Part shown: piece by piece, positions 45,625 to 52,321 of the stretch
Layout: each line of letters starts with the position of its first letter
Position numbering within the stretch: the first letter of the stretch is position 1
Source of the DNA: Acidimicrobiales bacterium
Lineage (GTDB): Bacteria > Actinomycetota > Acidimicrobiia > Acidimicrobiales > Bog-793
Assembly (NCBI GenBank): GCA_050014835.1
Contig: JBEKCO010000009.1
Span: forward strand, 1 to 62,989
DNA: 62,989 nucleotides
Direction: 5' to 3'
Program-made: the position numbers and the translations under genes
The notes under the pieces: model-generated
What the model saw: the letters and a program-made list of their open reading frames with translations, nothing else
Told to the model about the DNA's origin: nothing
Databases searched by the model: none

Positions 45625-46443
45625 TCACGACGTCCCTTTTGTTCCCGTTCCCTTGAAGAACGTGTAACAGAAGACGCCGTCCGCCTCGGTCGTGCGCTGG
45701 AGGGCGCGCATCCCGGCATCGAAGGTGACGGCGTCGATGAGGCCGGCCGAAAGGGAGGCCTCCCGCACGCCCGCGACCATCGCGGCGAAGGTCTTCTTGG
45801 TGAAACCGTCGACGAGCCCGGGGCGGCTCGCGTCGACGTACACGACGCGCGGGTCGATCCGGACGTCGCGGAAACCGGACTCGACGAGGAGCGGATAAAC
45901 TTTCCTCCCGATCAGCGCGTCGCCGCCGGCCCGCCGCTGCAACTCGACGAGGCAGGCGATCGCGGCGTGGGCGGCGGGGTCGTCGGGATGGAAGTAGGCG
46001 GAACCGTGGTCGCCCTCGATCACGGTCACTGTCCCGCCGGGCCGCAGGAGCGTGCCCAAAAGGCGCAGGGCGTCGGCCGGACGCGCCAGGTGCTCGAGGA
46101 CGAAACAGACGAAGACGTGGTCGAACGACCCCGGCGGGAACGGCAGCGAGAAGATGTCCGCCCGCTGGAACTCGACGTTCGTGAGCCCGGCGGACGCGAC
46201 CCGGCGTCCGGCTTCGGCGAGGGATTCGGCAGAGACGTCGATCGACGTGAAGTGCGCGCCGGGGCTGCGGCTGGCGAGCGTGATCGTCTGGGCCCCGACG
46301 CCGCACCCGGCCTCGAGCACCGCCGATCCTGCGGGGTACGCGGTGTCGTGGTGGAGAAGCTCGACGAGGGTTCCTGCCTGGTCCCGGAGCCGGTCGTTCT
46401 CGCGCTCGTGGTAGCCGTGCACGTACCGGTCGGTCACGGGCAC
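45625..46443 (-). CDS. Class I SAM-dependent methyltransferase
   Basis: Motif I VLEAGCGVGAQT, post-I DVS, FDHVFVCFVLEHL. Confidence 0.85.
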   Translation of the reverse strand: MPVTDRYVHGYHERENDRLRDQAGTLVELLHHDTAYPAGSAVLEAGCGVGAQTITLASRSPGAHFTSIDVSAESLAEAGRRVASAGLTNVEFQRADIFSLPFPPGSFDHVFVCFVLEHLARPADALRLLGTLLRPGGTVTVIEGDHGSAYFHPDDPAAHAAIACLVELQRRAGGDALIGRKVYPLLVESGFRDVRIDPRVVYVDASRPGLVDGFTKKTFAAMVAGVREASLSAGLIDAVTFDAGMRALQRTTEADGVFCYTFFKGTGTKGTS

Positions 46444-46467
46444 ATCAAAGCACGCGCCGTTCGCCCT

Positions 46468-47784
46468 TCAGGGGCGCACGAACGCGGCGAGGAGCGCTTG
46501 GAGTTTCAGCTGGGTCTCGGCGAGCTCGGCCGAAGCCTCGGAGCCCTCGACGATGCCGACCCCGGCGAAGAGCCGTGCCGTCCTCCCGTCGACGAGCGCG
46601 CTGCGGATGCCGATCCACCACTCGCCGTCGCCGGAGGCGTCGAACCAGCCGACGGGGCCTGCGAAGCGGCCGCGGTCGAACCCCTCGTTCTTGGCGAGGT
46701 AGGCGAGGGCGGCGGAGCGCGGCGTGCCGCCGACGGCGGGCGTCGGATGGAGTTCGAGCGCGAGCGCGAGCGCGCTCGGGAGCCGCCCGTCGGCGGATTC
46801 GCGCAGCGTCGCGGACACCGACGTGGCGAGGTGGGTGACGTTGCGGAGCTCGAGGAGCTCCGGTGTGCCGGGGACGGCGACGTCGTCGGCGTGTCCGGAG
46901 AAGCAGGCAGTGATGGCGTCGACGACGTAGCGGTGCTCGAGCCGGTCCTTCGCCGAAGAAAGGAGGCCTGCGGCGAGCCGGGCGTCCTCGTGGGCGTCGC
47001 CGCTGCGGGCGACGGTGCCGGCAAGCGGGCGCGAGGAGATCGCCCGGCCACGGCGCCGCACGAGGAGCTCGGGGCTCGCCCCGACGAAGCCGTCAATCGC
47101 GAAGGCGGCACAGGTCGGATGGAGCGCCCTGATCCGCTCGAGGAGGTCGTACTGACGGAAGGCCCGGTTCGCGCGGATTGCGACCTCGCGGACGAGGACG
47201 ACCTTGTCGAGCTCGCCTGCGCCGATCGCCTCACGTGCCGCACGGACCCGGGCGAGGAAGTCCCCGTGGGGGAGGACCGAGTCGACCCGGAACCGGTCGG
47301 GTGCCGCAGCGTCGGCCGTGCCGTCCTCGGGCAGGTGGAGGGCGAACCCGAGCCGTTCTCCGGGCTCGGCGAGTTTCATCCTCGGCCCGACGGCGACGGC
47401 GAAGGCGTCGTCGCCGTCGTCGACGACGGTGACCCCGGGGATGACGAGTGCACCCCACGCCGAGGTGTCGAACGGGAGCGCGCCGAGCGCGACCGGGCCG
47501 CGGCACACCTCGCCGTCGTCCGGTCTTCCCGGGATCGCGGACAAGAGCTCGTGGGCGCGCTCGGCTGCGGCAGGCGCGCCCGAACCGAGTGGAAACTCGA
47601 GGCGCGCGGCGAGCCCCCAGGACAGCACGGCGGCGCCGTCGCGCTCGATCACGCGCCCGTCCCGGAAGGCGTGCCGTCGGGCCCGTGCGACGACGCCCCG
47701 ACCGAGGCGGGCGGCGCGCCAGCTCAGCGCGTCGGCGTGCAGCGTCCCGCCGTCGGGACCGGTGAGCCGGACCGGCGAGCTCAC
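46468..47784 (-). CDS. menF: Isochorismate synthase
   Basis: Chorismate-binding C-terminus: PTPAVGGTP, FDRGRFAGPVGW, IGIRSAL. GTG 47784 overlaps the menG stop (GTGA). Confidence 0.8.
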   Translation of the reverse strand: MSSPVRLTGPDGGTLHADALSWRAARLGRGVVARARRHAFRDGRVIERDGAAVLSWGLAARLEFPLGSGAPAAAERAHELLSAIPGRPDDGEVCRGPVALGALPFDTSAWGALVIPGVTVVDDGDDAFAVAVGPRMKLAEPGERLGFALHLPEDGTADAAAPDRFRVDSVLPHGDFLARVRAAREAIGAGELDKVVLVREVAIRANRAFRQYDLLERIRALHPTCAAFAIDGFVGASPELLVRRRGRAISSRPLAGTVARSGDAHEDARLAAGLLSSAKDRLEHRYVVDAITACFSGHADDVAVPGTPELLELRNVTHLATSVSATLRESADGRLPSALALALELHPTPAVGGTPRSAALAYLAKNEGFDRGRFAGPVGWFDASGDGEWWIGIRSALVDGRTARLFAGVGIVEGSEASAELAETQLKLQALLAAFVRP

Positions 47785-48476
47785 GCCGGGTTCCCCGTCG
47801 GAGCGGGAGGACGGGACCGCGCGACGAGGGGTCGCCCGCCCACCCGGGTCGCGACGAAGATCTGGGCGATCCCGCCGTGGAGCGGATGGTGTCGCGCGCC
47901 GGTGAACCCGGCACGTTCGATGAGCCCGGCGAGCTCCGTCCGGGGTGGGAGGTAGGCGACGGAGCGCGGCAGGTAACGGTAGGCGGCGCCATCGGAGAAA
48001 AGGGCGCCGAGGCGGGGCACCACCCAGCGGAACCAGACCGCGTGGCCGAGGGCGAGAAAACGCGAACGCGGCTCGTCGACCTCGAGGAGCGCGATCCTCC
48101 CACCCGGGCGCACGACACGTCCGACCTCGGCGAGCACCGACGCGAGGTCGGCGAAGTTGCGGAGAGCGAAACCGCACACCAGCCCGTCGGCGGCGCCCGT
48201 GGCGAGCGGCAGTGCCACGGCGTCGGCCCGGACGAGGGGCACCGGGCTGGCCTTCGCCGCGGCGAGCATGTTCGCCGCGAAATCGACCCCGACGGCGCGG
48301 TGGCCGGCCGCAGTGAGCTCGCGGCACAGGTCGCCGGTCCCGCAGGCGAGGTCGACGACGTCCGACGGGGGCGCGAGCTCCAGCATCCGGACGGTGCGCT
48401 TGCGCCAGGCGCGGTCGAGGCCGAGCGAGATCAGCCGGTTCATGAGGTCGTAACGGGGCGCGATCCGGTCGAACAT
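47781..48476 (-). CDS. menG: Demethylmenaquinone methyltransferase (UbiE/MenG family)
   Basis: MFDRIAPRYDLMN, DLACGTGD, FALRNF, RPGGRIALLE. The first canonical start is ATG 48476. Confidence 0.8.
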   Translation of the reverse strand: MFDRIAPRYDLMNRLISLGLDRAWRKRTVRMLELAPPSDVVDLACGTGDLCRELTAAGHRAVGVDFAANMLAAAKASPVPLVRADAVALPLATGAADGLVCGFALRNFADLASVLAEVGRVVRPGGRIALLEVDEPRSRFLALGHAVWFRWVVPRLGALFSDGAAYRYLPRSVAYLPPRTELAGLIERAGFTGARHHPLHGGIAQIFVATRVGGRPLVARSRPPAPTGNPA

Positions 48477-48580
48477 CGCCCGGACGAGGGCGACCTTCTC
48501 CTCGCCCCGCGGCAGGGCTTCCCCATCGGGCGATGAGGTGGCGCGCGGCGCGCGGTCCTCGACGGGGCGGGGGTTCGACG

Positions 48581-48949
48581 TCAGCGGTACCAGAGCCGGT
48601 AGTAGTCGCGGCTCGTCGAGTGGACGAGGAGCACGACGAGCGCGACTTCGAAGAGCAGCTCGAGTATCCCGGCTCCGAGATAACCCGCGACCGCGATGAC
48701 GAGGACGAGCGGGACGACCGCCGCCGCGAGGGCGAGGACGTATCCCCACCGGCGCTCGTTGGCGATCCCGAACGCGCCGGCCGCCTCGCCGGCCGCCAGC
48801 GCCAGTGCGAGGTGCCCCGCCCCACCAACCGCCAGGCCGGCGACGAGACCGAGAAAAGCGTTCCAGTACAGCAACAGGGCGGCGATCTGCAGAGTTTGTG
48901 GCTGGTGGGCGGGGAACCAGTGCCGCTCGCGCGAGACGCGGTTCATCAC
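48581..48949 (-). CDS. Small integral membrane protein (hypothetical)
   Basis: 122 aa with 3-4 hydrophobic helices; codon usage matches the host. Confidence 0.5.
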   Translation of the reverse strand: MMNRVSRERHWFPAHQPQTLQIAALLLYWNAFLGLVAGLAVGGAGHLALALAAGEAAGAFGIANERRWGYVLALAAAVVPLVLVIAVAGYLGAGILELLFEVALVVLLVHSTSRDYYRLWYR

Positions 48950-49030
48950 GCCTCCAGTTTGCCAGAGGCGCGCGCGGTGACTTCCGCGGTGGCGCCGGCA
49001 ACGACGGATGCGCCGGTGCGCGACGCTCCG

Positions 49031-49939
49031 CTACTTGGACTGCGAGATGCTTCCCTTGGGCTCGGCGAGGAGATCGAGGACGGTCACGTACGGCCCTTCT
49101 CCGCCGGACGCCGGTGACTCGATGAGGCAGCGGCTGCCGAGCGGCGTGCCGATGAGCGGGTCGAGCCCGCTCGGCTCGCTCGTGATCCCGATCGGCGAGG
49201 CGTCCGGGACCTTCGCCGTCCAGGTCGAGTAGGCGACCTTGCCCTTCCAGTTGTACCAAACGGCCTGCACGATGACGAGGCCGGCCTTCACAGGGGCACC
49301 GTGGCCGCGGTCGAGCACCGTCGACAGTACGGCGGTGGGCTTTTTCGTCCCCTTGGCGATCGTGACCTTGGGCTGAGACCCGAGCGCCCCGGAGACGTTC
49401 ACGCCGCCGAGGCCGGTCCGCTCGACGGTGGCGTGAACGTCACCGGAGATGTCGGGGCTGTAGGTGCCGAGGATGTCGACGACGAACACGAGCGTGTCGG
49501 TCCCGGTGATCCCGGCCCCGGGGTTGCCCTTCTTGCCGTAGCCGTCGACCGGCGGGATGACGAGCAGCACCCGGCTGCCGACGTGCATTCCGACGAGCGT
49601 GTCGTTCCAACCCGGGATGAGGCCCTTGACGCCGATGTGGAAGGCCTGGGGCACGGGCTGGTTGAACGAGGTGCCGAAGACCTTGCCGCCCCAGATCTGG
49701 CCGACGTAGTTCACGACCATGAGGTCGCCCTTTTTGACGACGGGACCGGTCCCTTTCTGGAGGACGGTCGCCGACAGCTTCTTTGGCGGAGCGGTGTTCG
49801 GGATGACGATCTTCGGCGTGTGGCCGAACGTGGTCGAGACCGTCGGGAGCGTGCTCGACGACCGGGCGACGCGCACCGCCCCGGCGACCGGCGCCGACAC
49901 GGCGAGGAGGACGAGGACGGAAAAGACGATGCGGCGCAA
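49031..49939 (-). CDS. FKBP-type peptidyl-prolyl cis-trans isomerase, secreted, two-domain
   Basis: TTG 49939 after GAAGGGAA. Signal-like RRIVFSVLVLLAVSAPVAGA. GLIPGWNDTLVGMHVGSRVLLVIPPVDGYG. Confidence 0.8.
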   Translation of the reverse strand: MRRIVFSVLVLLAVSAPVAGAVRVARSSSTLPTVSTTFGHTPKIVIPNTAPPKKLSATVLQKGTGPVVKKGDLMVVNYVGQIWGGKVFGTSFNQPVPQAFHIGVKGLIPGWNDTLVGMHVGSRVLLVIPPVDGYGKKGNPGAGITGTDTLVFVVDILGTYSPDISGDVHATVERTGLGGVNVSGALGSQPKVTIAKGTKKPTAVLSTVLDRGHGAPVKAGLVIVQAVWYNWKGKVAYSTWTAKVPDASPIGITSEPSGLDPLIGTPLGSRCLIESPASGGEGPYVTVLDLLAEPKGSISQSK

Positions 49940-49992
49940 GGAGTTCCCTTCGTTCGGCGGACGCCCGAGCGTAACCGTCTCGGCGCGCCGCG

Positions 49993-50000
49993 GACCTGCC
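49993..50000. repeat. Target-site duplication, left copy (GACCTGCC)
   Basis: Identical 8-mer at 52295-52302, directly abutting the other IS end. Confidence 0.75.
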
Positions 50001-50023
50001 GGTAGTGGGTCAGTTTGAATCCG
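50001..50023. repeat. IS terminal inverted repeat, left (GGTAGTGGGTCAGTTTGAATCCG)
   Basis: Exact reverse complement of 52272-52294. Confidence 0.9.
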
Positions 50024-50033
50024 AGGAGCGCAA

Positions 50034-50237
50034 ATGACAATCCGGCATCCGGGAGCTACCCTTCGCCACATGGGCGTGACGGTGGTTGTGGACTCAGAAG
50101 TCTCTGACGAATACGACATTGGTGACCGTTGGTCCGTCGACGGCGGCGGCGTGCTAACCGTTGTGGATTTGAACGGGTACCAGGTCGCAAGCTATCCCAG
50201 CGGCGGTTGGAAGACCGTGGCCAAGAAGCAAAACTAA
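50034..50237 (+). CDS. IS cargo ORF-A, 67-aa hypothetical protein
   Basis: ATG 50034 lies 5 nt after GAGGAG, which starts at the inner edge of the IR. The stop overlaps the transposase stop (convergent). Confidence 0.45.
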   Translation: MTIRHPGATLRHMGVTVVVDSEVSDEYDIGDRWSVDGGGVLTVVDLNGYQVASYPSGGWKTVAKKQN

Positions 50238-51091
50238 TCAAGCAGGCTCGCTATCTGCGTGTAGCTCCAGGGATACTTGGCAATCCCCGCCGCCATCGCT
50301 GGAGTGGTCGGCTTCCCGTACCGCTTGGTAAGCGTCTGATGCGGCCTGGCGAAGTTGTAGTACATGTAATGCAGATTGACCGCGTGGGTCAGGTTCTCAA
50401 GCTTCTTTGAGAAGGCGTTGGTCAGGCGGGTGAAGCGCCGCATCCCCATTCGCATGGTCAGGTTCTGGCGCTCCACGAAACTCGTTCCCGCCTTGTCGAG
50501 GTCAGGAGTGCCAGCAATCACGCGCTTGTCGATCCCGATGCACTGTGAAGGGCTGTAGGTCCGCTCCGTGTCGGCGTCGCTGCCGTAGAGCTTGTGGAGG
50601 ACTGAGTAGTCGATGTTGTCGCGGAACAGGCTGTCGACCACGTCGATGTAGAGCCGCAGGCCATCGGTCGTGAGCTGGATGCGGTGGCTCGGGTCGATCC
50701 GCGAGCGCATGTCAGCGATGAACGTGTAAGCGTCGGCCATCGTGCGCTCACCCACCAGCCAGCTCGGGACGAGCTTCGTGTCCGCGTCGACGGCAACCCA
50801 GGTCCAGACATCCCCATAGCCGGGAGTGTCTTGGAATTCGTCGGGAACGTTCTTTTGCTTTGCATAGCAAAACGACCAGATCTCGTCGCACTCCATCCGG
50901 CTCGGGCGCAGGTTGGTGAGCACGGCGTCCTGGTACTCGGCGCACGCCGCGCCGAGATCCACTAGGAGCTTCGTGACCGTGTTCTTCGCCACGCCGGTGA
51001 CGCGAACGATGGATCGAATGCTCATGCCTTCACACAGCAGGCTTACAACCTGGCCTCTGCGCTCCGTGCTTAACCTGTTCATAGTGACCAT
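50234..51091 (-). CDS. IS1 family transposase (single-ORF, HTH + DDE)
   Basis: Blocks colinear with E. coli IS1 InsAB: CDEIWSF, GERTMADAYTF, TTDGLRLY, VERQNLTMRMGMRRFTRLTNAFSKK. The native start is probably the second ATG (51082, MNRLSTERRG). Confidence 0.9.
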   Translation of the reverse strand: MVTMNRLSTERRGQVVSLLCEGMSIRSIVRVTGVAKNTVTKLLVDLGAACAEYQDAVLTNLRPSRMECDEIWSFCYAKQKNVPDEFQDTPGYGDVWTWVAVDADTKLVPSWLVGERTMADAYTFIADMRSRIDPSHRIQLTTDGLRLYIDVVDSLFRDNIDYSVLHKLYGSDADTERTYSPSQCIGIDKRVIAGTPDLDKAGTSFVERQNLTMRMGMRRFTRLTNAFSKKLENLTHAVNLHYMYYNFARPHQTLTKRYGKPTTPAMAAGIAKYPWSYTQIASLLD

Positions 51092-51130
51092 TATACGTGC
51101 TTAACCTGTTCATAGTGACCATTATACGTG
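51065..51130. repeat. 31-bp tandem duplication (2.1 copies) spanning the transposase start and -10 box
   Basis: 51066-51096 and 51097-51127 are identical (gtgcttaacctgttcatagtgaccattatac). Confidence 0.9.
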
Positions 51131-51149
51131 ACTGCCTTAGCATTGTCAA
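51121..51149 (-). promoter_or_regulatory. Consensus sigma70-type promoter for the transposase
   Basis: On the minus strand: TTGACA (51149-51144), 17-nt spacer, TATAAT (51126-51121). An ATG A-residue lies 8 nt downstream (51113). Confidence 0.5.
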
Positions 51150-51201
51150 GGCGCGTAAACCTGGCTTCAAGCCACGCGAGAAGGAAATCGCGCGAAATGA
51201 C

Positions 51202-51230
51202 TTGTCAGCCCCGCTTTCGCGCGGTAGAAT
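51202..51230 (+). promoter_or_regulatory. Near-consensus promoter facing away from the transposase
   Basis: TTGTCA (51202-51207), 17-nt spacer, TAGAAT (51225-51230). Confidence 0.45.
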
Positions 51231-51236
51231 GACGGA

Positions 51237-51310
51237 AGTTGTAGGGGGAGGACCGGTGCGGTGCCCGTGTCGCAAGCACGGAGGGCTCTGCCCGGTCCTT
51301 TCTATTTGGG
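51237..51310 (+). ncRNA. Candidate short structured transcript (sRNA or leader) ending in a hairpin plus T-rich tract
   Basis: AGGACCGG (51249-51256) pairs with CCGGTCCT (51292-51299). Inner stem CCGTG/CACGG (51265-51269 / 51277-51281). Followed by TTCTATTT. Confidence 0.25.
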
Positions 51311-51397
51311 CGCTGGCTGCCTGCTTCCCTCAGAATCGGCACAAGGGCAGCCCTGCCGGGTCATGTCATCTCGACCTCCTTCCCGCCCGACCTGGGG

Positions 51398-51910
51398 CTA
51401 ACCGAGAATCTGGGCTGCCACGTCGCGGACGCGGTCGCTCGTGGTCATGACGCCGTACTTGAAGATTGCGCCCATACCGCGCTGGGAGGCGACCTGCCAA
51501 AGGGCATGCCCGACGTTTTCCACGCGTCCGGCTTGCCGAAGTCCACTGAGAGCTGCGGAAACGTATTTCGCACTGTCGCCTTCACGGCCCTTATTGGTGA
51601 GCGCTGACGCGATCTGGTCGGGACTCATCGGGGTGCCGACCTCGTTAAGAACCGCAAGAACGGCGTCCGTCCGAGCCAAGTGCGCCCAGTCGATCGGCAT
51701 CGCCGCCGTAACGGTGCGCTCGATTTCGGCGAGCGCTTCCTTGTCGCCGAACTGCCGCGCGGCTATTCGCAGGCCGTCGAACATTTCGTCGATCTCGTTC
51801 ATCTCATCCTGCTCGTGGTCGAGCAAGTCGGAGAGTTCGGAAATCCGCGAAACGCTGGCCTCGCGGCGGGCCTTGGCTTGACGAACAATTTCGATTAGTT
51901 CCACGGTCAT
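51398..51910 (-). CDS. IS cargo ORF-B, 170-aa hypothetical protein (coiled-coil N-terminus, winged-helix-like centre)
   Basis: Acidic helical N-terminus, then AVLAVLNEVGTPMSPDQIASALTNKGREGDSAKYVSAALSGLRQAGRVENVGHALWQV, reminiscent of Mrr-N-type wHTH. Confidence 0.55.
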   Translation of the reverse strand: MTVELIEIVRQAKARREASVSRISELSDLLDHEQDEMNEIDEMFDGLRIAARQFGDKEALAEIERTVTAAMPIDWAHLARTDAVLAVLNEVGTPMSPDQIASALTNKGREGDSAKYVSAALSGLRQAGRVENVGHALWQVASQRGMGAIFKYGVMTTSDRVRDVAAQILG

Positions 51911-51973
51911 CTAGCGTACACGATTTCCCAGGCCCTGTCACTGGGTGCTGGGGCTGGCGTCCCCAGGACTACA

Positions 51974-52228
51974 TCAACGAGATTCGGTAGGTCTGGCTCG
52001 TCCCCATCGAGCTTCGGCCGCGCGCTTCGCTAGCTCAGATCGCTGGTCAGGGGTCAATTTAGCGGCCCGCGCCTTTCCGCCCTTCTTTCCGCCCAGCCTC
52101 CCCAGCTCCACGGCGGCAGGGTTCTTCCCCTTATAGGGATCGGGCTCCGGTTCGTCGCTCGTCGACTGGGCCACGATGGCCGCGGCGAGGGCATTCAGAT
52201 CACGGGGCTTACTCGAGCGCTTAGGCAT
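51974..52228 (-). CDS. IS cargo ORF-C, 84-aa basic protein
   Basis: LGRLGGKKGGKARAAKLTPDQRSELAKRAAEARW, a Lys/Arg-rich helical tail seen in many small mobile-element proteins. Confidence 0.55.
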   Translation of the reverse strand: MPKRSSKPRDLNALAAAIVAQSTSDEPEPDPYKGKNPAAVELGRLGGKKGGKARAAKLTPDQRSELAKRAAEARWGRARPTESR

Positions 52229-52271
52229 GTTCTCAGCGTACCGAATCGGATCAACGGTGCCTAGCCCTCGG

Positions 52272-52294
52272 CGGATTCAAACTGACCCACTACC
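52272..52294. repeat. IS terminal inverted repeat, right
   Basis: Reverse complement of 50001-50023, 23/23 identical. Confidence 0.9.
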
Positions 52295-52302
52295 GACCTG
52301 CC
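52295..52302. repeat. Target-site duplication, right copy (GACCTGCC)
   Basis: Identical to 49993-50000. Confidence 0.75.
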
Positions 52303-52321
52303 GGGCGGGGCGCTCGCCTTG

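Larger units (their letters stand above)
50001..52294. mobile_element. IS1-family insertion sequence carrying cargo ORFs (about 2.3 kb)
   Basis: Perfect 23-bp terminal inverted repeats beginning GGT, an 8-bp direct duplication, an IS1-type transposase, and markedly lower G+C than the flanks. Confidence 0.85.

Noticed and set aside
45175-47955. 926-aa plus-strand ORF
   Set aside because: Antisense to the isomerase, methyltransferase and menF genes. Low-complexity Arg/Gly/Glu composition.
46468-48828. 786-aa ORF as a fused MenF protein
   Set aside because: Only the C-terminal 438 aa (from GTG 47784) are isochorismate-synthase-like. The upstream part overlaps menG in another frame and is Arg/Pro/Ser-rich.
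50001-50023. tRNA fragment or integration site (GGGTCAGTTTGAATCC looks slightly like a T-arm)
   Set aside because: It does not fit GGTTCGAATCC. No acceptor, D or anticodon arms can be drawn. The sequence is explained as an IS1 terminal repeat.
51065-51130. Possible CRISPR or minisatellite
   Set aside because: There are only two exact adjacent 31-bp units with no spacers, and they lie over the transposase start inside an IS. It is a simple tandem duplication.
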